Source: Fibrobacterota bacterium
GTDB taxonomy: Bacteria; Fibrobacterota; Fibrobacteria; UBA5070
NCBI GenBank assembly: GCA_039798065.1
Contig: JBDKGS010000001.1
Span: 1-61,341 of the forward strand
Length of the DNA: 61,341 nt
Direction: 5' to 3'
A program made the position numbers and the translations under genes. This document shows positions 26,301-38,300 of the stretch, one piece after another (position 1 is the first letter of the stretch; every line of letters starts with the position of its first letter). The notes under the pieces are model-generated. The model was not told the origin of the DNA, did no database searches, and saw only the letters and a program-made list of their open reading frames with translations.

Positions 26301-29300
26301 ATCACCAATCGTTTGGAACTGCTTCGACTGGTAAAAAGCCCTCAGCCGAAGACTGTCCAACTGAAGCGGTAAAGAGCCCTGGTTCAACAGGCGGACGACC
26401 ATCGACAACTGGCTTGGATCTCCATATTGGATGGTATTCGCCATAACCTGCAAACCTGTCTTCCGGGTAGTCACGATTTGACTGTCGACAGTCTTGTATT
26501 TGACCAATCTGATATCGTCAAGAAGAACCCGAGGGCGGTACCGCATTGCACTGGTCAGTCTGCCAGTATTTGTCATGAACTTCAATTGCAGCCAACCCTG
26601 ACGCAACTGAGGCTCCGTATAGATCTCCTTCAAGGGGATGCTAACCGTTTGCCAGTGCGAAGGATCGGACATGTCCTTCAGGTAACTGTTGACATAGGCA
26701 AAGTCCTCTTCTCTCGCACCATTGCCTTGGCCATTATTCTGCATGACTCTATCCAACCAGACACGAATCGGATCCTTGAGCCCTGCATCCATCGCGATCT
26801 TGAATTCCAGGTTCGTGAACTTGGAAAGATCGATTTCATCAGGGCACCAAGGGGTTCCATTGGCATTCCAGTAACTCGAGTCACATGTTGCCCGCAAATA
26901 GGTGTAGTCGCTCGCACTATCGAACGGAACGGAGAGGAGCTTTGTTCCGCGTGCAGGGTTGATCGCGTGCCGTGTGCCGTCCAACCCAAACAGCGAGTCG
27001 ACAGTCTTCGCACTGTCCTGAATGTCCCAAGACTGCCACTTTGAATCCCATTGATCATCGAACAAGTACACAGCGTCAGCTAAGACCGGACGCGCGCCCA
27101 TAGCCCCAAGTGTATCCTGCACATATATGCTGTCTGTGGCCCATGCGGAGCGCTGGAGATCGCTTCCATCGAAGACCTTCAGCGATACCTCATACACCCC
27201 AGGCCTCGATGCAACAAAGGTGTCAATTGTGCTGGTGTTGTTTGTGCCTGTTCTTGAATGCCACCATTGATACGAAAGCTGGCGCCGCTCGGGATCGAAA
27301 GAAGAATCGGCCCGTAGTACCAACGGCTGTCCTACTGTGGTCCACAAAACTCCCGATGGCGTTATTCGCGCCACCGGCAGTCGCAATGCACGCGGAGGCG
27401 GCTCGCTACCAAACAGGATCACACCGGAGGCGTCGTAGGCCGTAAAGTGCGGATTTGCAATCGATGAGTCAAATGAATTACTCCAGTCCAAGGCACTGCT
27501 AGCCTTCGGGCTATTGCGCTTGATTTTCAGGAACGCCACCGGCGAGAAATAGGATCCTCCAGGAAGCATGCAGCTATCGCAGGAAATCGAGATTCGCCAA
27601 GTCGCCAAACGCCTTAGTGTGTCCACGATCTTGCTGGAGTCAACCACTGTGCTGGCAACCCTCATCCGTCGCCATTCGTATGGCATTTCCGACAGCGATG
27701 CCGTGGGAATCGAATCTGACATGATCCAGTAGACGAGATTGACACCTCGAATCGTGCGTGTGCTCGAATTCTTCAACCCGATCAACACGCGGAGACTGTC
27801 GCCTAACGTATCGGTTTTACTACGAACTTCGATGTTGATAGGAGTGTTGTTGGGCCACCATTCGGAAGCATCTCCATCCACATTGACCGGCTTATAGTCC
27901 CTCGGCTCAAATTTCAGCATGCCTCCCGAGGAGTCACGCACGGTATCTCCTGCGAAGCCATCGGGCACGATGGCCCATCGAATGGGGTGCAAGCTGTTGG
28001 TCAACCCTGATCGAACACCAATTTCCGTCACACCTGCCGAGGCCGGAGCCACGACTCCCGATGGCAAACGTTGGTCGCCTCGTCCCAGAGAGTCAGTGTT
28101 CGGATTATCGGGTTCGTTCTGGTGGAAGCCGTAACCTGCGAGCAGATCAAGCCCCTCGTGCCCTGAGGCAGACTGAATCCAGTGCTTGAGGGTATCGTTC
28201 CAACGGTACATGGTCACCTGAGCCGCGCTTCCGTCATCCGCAGTGGTCAGGTTAGTCCATTCCAAAGTGACATCAGCACCTTTGAACCCGCGCGGTATCG
28301 AATTGGTAGTGTCGCCGGTCGCGCTATCGCCATCGGCGTCCACCAACAGACGATAGATGTGATTGTCACGCTCACCCGGAGCCATGGAATTTCGGCGCTG
28401 GATCAGCCAATAATCCCAAGTCTGTGGAAGCGAAATTCCCGACGGCTGGTACACGTTGCGGCGCATGTAGACCTCGCCCCAATCCGCACCCAGGCCATTG
28501 TGATCTTGACTACTGTCGACCACCTGCAGGTCGGCCAGAGAATCATCCAGCATCAACACCAAAGAATCCGATTCGTAAGCATCGGATGCTCGGAAAACCA
28601 AACGGTGGTGGGCTTTCGAAGGCGTGATTTCGATCAACCGCTGTGTTGGATGCTGGCTCAACAGATCTCCGTAGGCCTGGAAGGCCGCTGGTGGTGTGTT
28701 AACCACATTTCCATCCATCGTCACCGACATCAACGAAATCTGTCCATTCGTCTGGGGTGCAAAGACGAAGTCCATCGGCACACCGCGATGCGACTGGCGC
28801 ACTTGAATCCCGCTGTCTCCATTGGTCCAGCCGTAGATAGCATTCTCCGTATCCTCTTTCGGGATAGGCCGCAGAACAAAGCCTTGACCCGCTCTCACCA
28901 TACTATCCACCCGAGAACGACTTAGCGAACTCGAGAAGCTGTCAAGAATTGTCGGGTACTGGAGTGTCCCGCCATTCGACGGTATTCGAACATGGAAGAT
29001 CTGTGGGAGCGGCGGTGGCTCCGAAATCACCTGGAACCGCACAGTTGTGTCATTTCCAGCGAGGTCTCGCACCACCAACGACATGACGTTTTCCGAAGTC
29101 ACAGTATCGTAGGGAGTGATTTTTGTGACAGGCACGGGGCGCTTCAGGTTCAAGGAACCCAATTTCACGGTATCCAGCCAGCTCACCGAGTCACCAGCGC
29201 TGGTTACCAAAATGACTCGCCCGAATTGCTGATTGTCAGAAATGGCTATCGAAGCCGTATCAACTGCCTTGGCATTAGAAGGCAAGCGGAATGTGACCAA

Positions 29301-32300
29301 ATTGCCATTGGCTGTATCGAGACCACCTTGGCGCCCACCAACCGTAAATGCGCCCAGAACCGGCTTGACGGCATCAACTCGCAAGCGCACCTGGATCGAA
29401 TCCGTGTTGTTGAAAGCGTCATGGGCACGAAGCATGGCCGACTGCATCGAGCCGTCGGTGGCATCGGGATCGATATTGCCGGAAATCACCCAGCGCGTCG
29501 AATCGGACTGGGTCGATGTCGTCGAATCACCATCCAGGCGATTTCCCTGACTCGACCTCAACTCCCAGGCATAGCTCCATCGAGACTGGTGATGCCTACT
29601 CCAAGCGGATGCGGTGACGAAGAACGGTTTTCCTGCCGCCACCGGAGCGAGCCGAAGAGGCAATCCAGCGAATTGGCCATCCAAGCGATCCTTCCACGCA
29701 AGCCCTGGAGCAGCGATGTCACCCACCAAGAACTGTCCTTGGATGGAATTGTTTCCCAGATACTGTTCCGCCAGAGTTCCAAGCTGGAATGGCCGAATCG
29801 AAACTGCGATCGAAGCCTGTCCATACGGAAAATTCACAGGAAGCTTCACAGGCAACTGCGGCAAAGCAATCGTTCCGGTCTTCAGGTGTTTAACGACCAA
29901 GACCGTATCGTTCCAAAGGCCAGGAATCTTCTTCAAGTCGAGTACTGCAGAGTCTGGAAGAGTATCCATCCCACCGTCGCGTACTCGAATGGAAAGAGAA
30001 AGCTTCAGGCTGTCGCCGGGGATCGGCCTCCATTGTGCAGATGTACGTGCACCTACCGGAGCTGCCGCAACTCGCACATCCGAGCGGCTGATGCCGAAGT
30101 CCGGAACCAACAACTGGGTCCAGATCAACTGTCCGGCATTGGACGCGTCGGCGATCCCCGCGATTTGCGGAAGCTCCAGAATCTGTCCTTTCCGGAGTCC
30201 GGCATCCTGGGCAGGATAGTAGTTGAGGCTTCCTGCAAGATTCGAGTCTAGGTACACCGAATCTCGACCACGTTGGTTCAACTGATGAAGACTGTCCACG
30301 CGGTGTTTCAAGAGCCCAGATTCGACATCAACCCCAATGGAGTCGAACCATCTCAGCCGCAAAGACCAAGACATGATAGAGCCCGTGTCGTGGGACCAGA
30401 TCCGACGCGAGAAATCATCCAAGGAATCGACACGCAGTCCCGCATAACGAATACCTCGTGCAAAACTTCGCTGTGCAGCCGCGCTCGTTCCAGCCGTCGG
30501 ACCACCATAGATCGACATGCGCGCATAATCGGTGTCCGAAGCCTTACGCACAGCACCAAGCGAATCGCGCCATGCGGACAACGCTGGCGCACCCGCAAAG
30601 ACGGCGTTGCCGCCGGAAAGAGTCCAGGGGATCAAGCCACCGGCCGAGCGGCCAGACCAAAGTTTCGAAGAGATCGCCGTATCCAACATCACGAGCGTAC
30701 CCTTGGGATTGTCCAAGAGGTATTCAGATGCCGCCGAAGCGTCTCCACGGGATGTCAGCACACCGTTAGCCGTCAACGAATTCACGAGCGTTGCGGCCAA
30801 AGTGTCGGCGACGGTCCCGGCCCAGACGAAAGCCCTGGGAACGCGATGGATTTGAATGCTCCAGGAATAGCTCGTGTCCGGTGAACTCGTCGCGTTATCA
30901 GCCCAAACCTTGATCTGGACAAGCCCTTCGGGCAATAGCTTTCCAGAAACCCTTCCGTCCCATGTCCACGCGAAGCTTCCAAACAACACCGGCAACGTGT
31001 CCTGACGAACGACGAGGCCATTTCGCGAAATCTGTCGGATCAGTCGACCCGATCGATCCGCCTGCCCGGTCAGAACCCAAGTGTTCACTCGATTCCGGTG
31101 ACGCTGGAAGGTGCCTTCGGGCCATCCCGACCACAGCGTGTCGGAAGGACGCGCCGTCATGGACGCCAATCGAGGCACCAAAGGCCGGATGACCAAGTCC
31201 TGACATACCTGGCGATTCGATCCTAGAAGCCCCATCCCGATCGCGCATGCTTTGTAACGTCCGCTGGGAAGCGTGTCCGTGCGCAGCAGCAGCTGGAGCG
31301 ACAAATTCCGCGATCCAACTCCTGTCAGCTCTCCAATCTGGTTAGAATCCTTCAAGATGCGAAGCTTCCATGAAGCCAGGTTGCTTCCAGTCAGGGCAGC
31401 GGGAACTCGGTCCCCTTGGTACGGGGTGGCCGTCGAAGAAAGCGACAGCGAGATGGCCGAAGTCTCTGTGTCCACACCGAACAACGCCGTGCGCGAAATC
31501 TTGAAGCTCCCTGCCAGCCCCTGAAGTTGCACCTGGTAGGTGCCTCGAGGCGCCCACGCCAAACCATTTCGGGCATCCCAGACCGCCCGAACCGAGTCGG
31601 ATGCAGCAATAGGTGTCGCCAGAGCCCTCCAAACCGAATCGGCTCCGACTCCGCGCTCATCGAAAACTCGACGGATCTTGGCGCTCCAGGTTGTCGTGGA
31701 TGGCCATCCTGTATCCGTCGCAGAGATTGAAACTCCTGCGACTTCACGAGGCACCATTGCCGGATCAGGAACTTGGATCGCACCCAACGACGGCACCAGG
31801 GTATCGATGCCCCAAACAGCCAAATTCAACGAGGAATCGGCGACCGACGTCCCATCGACCTGGATCGCTTCAACCAGCGCTCGATACAGGCCTTTGGGGG
31901 CGGGAGTGGCGCCGTTGCAGACGCTCCACTTCAAGGTGTCGAGCCCAGCCACAACTGACCCAAGCAGGTTCCCCACCACGGTTCCCGAGGAGTTCACCAC
32001 CTTCGCACGAGCGATCCCCGAAAGATTCGAATTGAACGACAGGCGAACCGTGTCTGAACAGTTCGAATGCGCAAACGAGGGCGCAACGGTGACCGGCCCG
32101 AAGGACACCTTGCTGGACGAGTCGCGCACCACGATCGACGACCAGGAAGAGCCTCCGTCGAAACGCGCAAACAAGTAACCGCTCGTACGGGAAAGTATCT
32201 GGCTCCAGGCAGATGGGAGAGATGCGACCACCGTATCGATGCGACCTTGGTGTAGAGTAAGGACCATTTCGCCCAAGGCGAATTTCCCAGTGTCAGCTGA

Positions 32301-35300
32301 TGGCGTTGCCGACAACCGGACACGGATCAGCTGGGGCTTCGCACCTAGACTGATGGCCTGCTGGGCATCGAGCGACATCGCCAGTCCCGTCCCTGATCGG
32401 ATCGCGGAGATCCAGCGAGGAGCCAAATTTTTGGAAGGATCCTTGTGCAGGACCGCAGCATAAGAGAAGTGCGAAATCAACCCGGTCAGGACCACTTGCA
32501 AGTTGTCGAGCGACACCAAACTTCCGCTTGTGTCACCCGCGAACGTCAAACTGGTGGGAGCAGCTTCGAACTGTCCACCATCCGAAATTTCCCAGATCGC
32601 AAGTTCGGAAATCGCCCATGTCCAAGCTTCACTCCACTTCGCTCTTGTCGTAACAAGACTGTCCTTGGAGGCTGGACGATTCATCTGACTCAGGAGCTCC
32701 CTCAGGGTCATGCGGTACTGCAAGGTGGCAGGGGTGGAAAACCGCGTGCCAGAAGGCGACATCTTGATGACCGGCCCCATCGGAACAGCACCTGCCAGTG
32801 GCAGGCTCGCCAAATCCTGTCCAGACAGCGTATTCAGGACGATAGGAGTCCCGGAATTCGTCGAGTCAGGGGGCATGTTCAGCGTTGCACGTCCGTAGGC
32901 GTCAGCCACCTTCGTGGATGCGTTGGAGACGCGAGGCTGCCCCAGAACGAACGGAACCTTGGTCCACGTTGCCAGCGAGTCAGTAGCGTTCGCGTATACA
33001 CCTTGCACCAGGAATTGCGAGGCGCCTTGCTGCCCCGTCACATTCCACCAAGCTAGGTCGGGAACATCGCTTGGTGTCCAGGTGTTATCACCAGTCTTGG
33101 CCTTGTGAATTCCAACCTTGATCTGGACGCTGTCCGTCTGCGACACAGGAAGATCCAAATCGATCGCTTGGCCGTTGTTCGATCCAAAAACCCGCCAACG
33201 CACCAGCGAAAAGGTCTTACCCCCGTTTTGGATTGTATCGGCCAAACCACCTTGCAAGCGCACCCAACGCTGGCTTGAACGGTTATCGGACAGTCGCAAC
33301 GTCATCGATTGAAGATTCGATGTACTTCCCTGACCAAGGTCAAGATTCGGTGTCTGCCCGTCCGGGTAGTAGATCTCTACATTCCAGCGCGCTTGACTGC
33401 CAGAAAGCAACAGGTTTGGATTCAGGCCTAGCGAATCCTTGCAAAGGCTCGAGCCGGAATCGTGAACTCGCACGAAAGCGGATGTCACCCAAGGGCGATA
33501 GCATGGTGCCGCTTGTACCACGGAATCAGCCGCAGACGTGGGCACCAAGGAAATGTTCGAATGAACTGGATCGAACCCTGTCATTGGTGAGGGATTCATC
33601 GAATCCCGCAAGTAGATCCAGCCGCTACGATCTTTCAGGATTGGATCTTGTTGTGAACTCCAAGCTTGCAACGTGTCCGGTTGCAAAACATATCCAGCGG
33701 TCAGCACTGGCTTTCGGACCGTCAAATTCTGAGTCGCATTCTTCCAACGATCAAGCCAGGTGAACGTAGTGTCGCTTGAAAGATTCAAATTCCAGCGCAA
33801 CCGCGTCTGATCCGGAATTAACATCCCCCGCGCATCAAGTGGCGACACTCCCCAGGCCAAACTTTTGAGCCGAACAAAATTGTATAGAGAGTCCATTCGA
33901 CCCGTGACACCTCCGGTGAGAGGCTCCCCAGGAAGTCGGGGAAACAGCGACCAGAGAGACAGTCGGATGGAGTCCGCTGCCGTCGCGCCGAAATTCGTCA
34001 CACGAGGGATCCATAAGGAATCCGGCTGCAGGGTCCTGTGCACCTGGATCCAGGTGCGCCCCCAATTGGTGGTATCTCCGAATCCTGAGTCCTGCATGGA
34101 AGAAGCGTCGATATGGTCTGCAGTTGCACCCGGTAGAGGCCAATCGATCCCCACTGTATCCCAGACCACTCCACGGGTCCTTGGCGAAACAACCAAACGA
34201 GGTTCGAACCGAAGGTTGTGGTTGGAGTAGACCCCAGGATTCGACGGATCCAGGTGAATGTGGTGCGAATAGTCCTTGACGTAATCGACTTCCGAAAGAA
34301 TCTCTCCATAGGCATTTGCGCGGAAGACACGATGCTCCGAATCCAATGCGGGTCGGAACCAGTAACCAACCTGACCCTCCTTATAGCCGCCCAATGTCGC
34401 CAATGAATTATTGGTGCGCTCGCCATTCACATCGCCCCAAGGAAATTCATCTGTCCAGGAAAGCGAATCATTGGCGTATAGCATCTTGCGCACGACGGTG
34501 GTTCCGGTATCCCCCACATAGAACCACGGATTCATCCAGTTCAAGCGAGGAGGAACGGTGTAGGCCGTTTGAACCTTCATTCCCCAGGGATCGTCCATTT
34601 TCGTGTAATGATGATAGTTGTTACCAATTGAATATTTATAGCCCCAGTCATCCGAACAGCACCCGGTGAAACTCGGGTGTTTCCGCATAAACCAGGGCCC
34701 TTGCCCTGGTCGAAGTCGATATTTGAAATCATCGCTATTGCTCGTGCTATCTTTAGTGCTATCCGCAGGTATGATTCGATCAAATCCTACGCGAACAATT
34801 TCAGAATCATGAATCGACTGGATTCGATTATGAAATGATCCGTCTTGAGTAAGTACTTCATCGAATCGACGAGCCAGCGAGTAGAGTGGAACACCAACAG
34901 AGTCGTGGTAAATTTTTCGATACCCAGGGCCATAGACATAATATGACTGGGACCAATCCGTTGGTGCAGAAAGCCACCAAGCATCATCAATGACCCCTTT
35001 GGTACGTGGCCGAGTCAAATGGAAAGACGCTGAGATATTATCAGGTGCTGACCACGCACTTCCGTTCAGTGCACCAACAATGTTCGAGAAGTAATCCTGA
35101 AGAGTTACCGGGCTTTGAGGAATCGCAATTCCCGCATTCTTCATGTTGATATAGACTGCTGCCAAGGTTGAATCTTCACACGCCTGATAGGCGAACGCGA
35201 AAGTTGAGTCGATTCGAGGATCCCAAGTTCCCCAACGGAGTGCCCGACGGCCATCGGGATAGCAAAGACACCGCAGTGTCCAAGGCGACGGCAAACTGTC

Positions 35301-38300
35301 ATGCTGTGGCGAAGGACAACGAGCCCATTCCGGATGCTGGACCGTCAGAGCTCTGATCATAAGCCTTTCCAAGCTTTGGTCATACTCCACTGGCTGTGGA
35401 TCTCGATATGTTCCCGTCGAGCCAATTTCGTTGCAGAATTGAAAATTATTCGTGTCAGCAGTAACGTCATATCTGCTTTTATTGTACGCAAACAACGCGC
35501 CTATCGGATCATCTTCATGATATCCTGAATACCCCGAATTCGTCACAGAAAACGGATCAGATGAAACATCATAATTAAAGCTATTTACTCCGCTACCAAA
35601 AAATGCTTTTGGAGAAAAACGATACACCATGCTTTCACGCTGGATCTCTATCATCTCCGAATCCAAGTCCGGCTGATAGCGTGGCGGTATCCCGACGCGC
35701 ATCGTGCGGTCAATACCGTTCGCATTTGGAGAAACGACATTCATCCCGCTTCGAACGCCCATCCCTGTGTTCCCGGCGTTAGCCAACATCCAGAAAGGAA
35801 TCTGCTTCTTCATGACTTGGCGCACGCGATCGTCATGCCTTGTTCGTCCCCAAGAGAGATACCAACCATTGGACTCATAATCACCCGAATAATTTTCAAA
35901 TCCGGCGATTGAATTGTAATACTTGGCCCAATAAATCTGATAATCCGTCGGAAAATACTGTCGAACGACTTGTTTACCGTATGGCCTTATATCGAAGGTC
36001 ACATCCCGAGGAGGGAAATACAGCAGGTTGCCCGCGAATTGAGCCCGCAGCTTGTAATCGCTGATCAGGTCAGCAACACGCAAACCATTTTCGGTCTTTC
36101 CTTGCACGGTCAGCGAACTCGATGCGACCTGCCGAGCCAACATGTCGCCAAAGCGAACAGTGTCTCGATCGATTTCAAACCAAGCACCGCCTTGCTTCCG
36201 CTCTAAGCCAACCACCAAGCGACCAGTGGAAGCACCTGCGAACGGGCTTGAAGTGGGATCAAGCCACAATCGTCCAGCCTGATCCTCGCCTGTCCAACTC
36301 CCTTCCCAAGAGCTGACTGTCTTTTGCCCGACAACCGCTAAAATGCTGGACGTATCGTTCGGACCGCGGATCACAAGCCGTGTTGTGTCCAGTCGTGGAA
36401 GTGCAACCTTGCACTGCAGCTGCAACGCACCACCCAAGATCCTGGCCATCGAAAAATCCACGTACGACGGTGACACTTTGAGCAAGCTCGAATTCCAACT
36501 CAACGGGCTTGCAACCACCGTGAAGGGCGATTCCGCGATCCACTGCCCATCAAGATTTGCGGATGTCGCGCGCATCACGTACGATCCAGTTGGCAGCGCT
36601 TTGCCGTCGCTTCCATAACCGCCAAATTTTACCGACGAATCCATCGGCGAGCCTTGCCACACCCGTTGGGAAACAATCCCCAACCCAGTGGTCCAAACAG
36701 ATAGCGTCGAGCTCAGACCTGATGCCCCGCTCAGTAGCCAGCGCAAAGTGTCGTTCGCCGTGTCGCTGTCCGAGCGGTCAAGGATTCCTGAAAGCGGCGA
36801 GAGCAACGGCAACGAGATGGAACGATTCGCGAAGCCCGAGCGGTCAAGCGTGAACGTTGCACTGGCCGTTTGGACCAGCTCGCCTTTTCCCGTCCAAAGC
36901 ACCAAGGTGTAGAGCGTGTCCCGAAGGTTACGAGGATCGAACGTCGCGAGATTCTCGTCGAGTCCCAATCGGAGCGCGGTTCCGACCGAACCAGGAATGG
37001 ACGACAGGTCCTGAGTGATCCTGGCAGCACCTGGTAACGCTTTTGCCTCCATCACGGACAACAGCTGAGTCGAAGGGAGCGATTTCAAAAACGCCCAATT
37101 TGTCGAGGCTGGAACGGCTAGGCTACCAGGATGCAGGGAAAGTCGATAGACCGCAGTCCCTGTATCCTTCGGGCTGGGATCGGGCGCAATGCCACGAACA
37201 ATGATGGACCCACCTTTGGCCTTCAAGACCGTTCCGTTCGAGGGGTAACTGATCCTCGGTCCTACTGCGCCGACGAACATGACCGCGGAAGCTGTGGAGC
37301 TGAGACCTGATTCGGAAACGACCACGCTCCAGAACCAGGTTCCCGCCGTGCGCGCTTTGCTGGTCACTGGAATATCCGCCGTGCCGACGCCTTTGGTATC
37401 CAACCGAACCACCACGGAGTTCGCTTTGACGGAATCCGGTCCCGTGATCTTGATAGTGTCGTAGGCCAACGCCGTTCCCGAAACGTCCACATGAACGAAT
37501 GTCGATATCGGAGCCGACGCAGCTACTTGAATGGGAGTCACACTCGCCCTCACGGATGGCCCTGACCACCGGACGCGAACGGCTCCAGTCACACCCGTCA
37601 CAAATGCCGAAGAAGAATCCGATGCGTTCCCGGCTCCGTCCACAAGGGTCCATTTCGCGTCGTAGTCGCCTTCCGGCAACATGCTCCCATCGGACAATTG
37701 GCCGTTGAAGGTCCATTTGTGATCCGCGCGGCTTGAGCGTAGGAAGCTGGATGTGTACACCTGACCATTCCGAGCGAAGCGGACAACCAAAGTCACAGGG
37801 CGAGTAGAGTCTTTGTTGTCGATCGCACCGGTCAGATTCGCGCTCCAAGGAGTCGTCGGGCTGACCGTATTCGTGGACGAACTCGTGCTCCAGATCCCAG
37901 CTCCAACGGGGGCGATCGCGTCCAGCTCGAAGCCAGTGCTGTCAAGAACTGTCGATGGTCCACGAACGACCTGGATGAAGGCCTTCCACATTCCTGTCGA
38001 GTCCGGCGTGGTACCGTTGGAAATCTTCCCCGACCACTGGAGGGACAGCGTGCCGGATGGCAGAACCGATCCGGTCTGGAGGGTGAACGTGTCACCTTTG
38101 GGACGCTTGAGCCAGACTCTCCAGGCTGCGGATCCCGGAGCGAGGATACCCGCCGTTATCGATGCGCCAATCAATTTGGGCGAAAACAAGGCAGGATCGA
38201 CACGGAACGATCCGATTTCAGGATGGCCAGGCTGATGCAGCGAGCCCAAAAAACGAATCCCTTCACCAAGCGTTGCAGCGGCCGTCGCAAGCGTTCCGCC

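Noticed and set aside
28992-30251. 419-aa + strand ORF, and many similar 60-300-aa + strand ORFs between 17200 and 39300
   Set aside because: All lie antisense within the uninterrupted RHS and giant ORFs. Their compositions are Arg/Pro/Ser-rich, typical of shadow frames.
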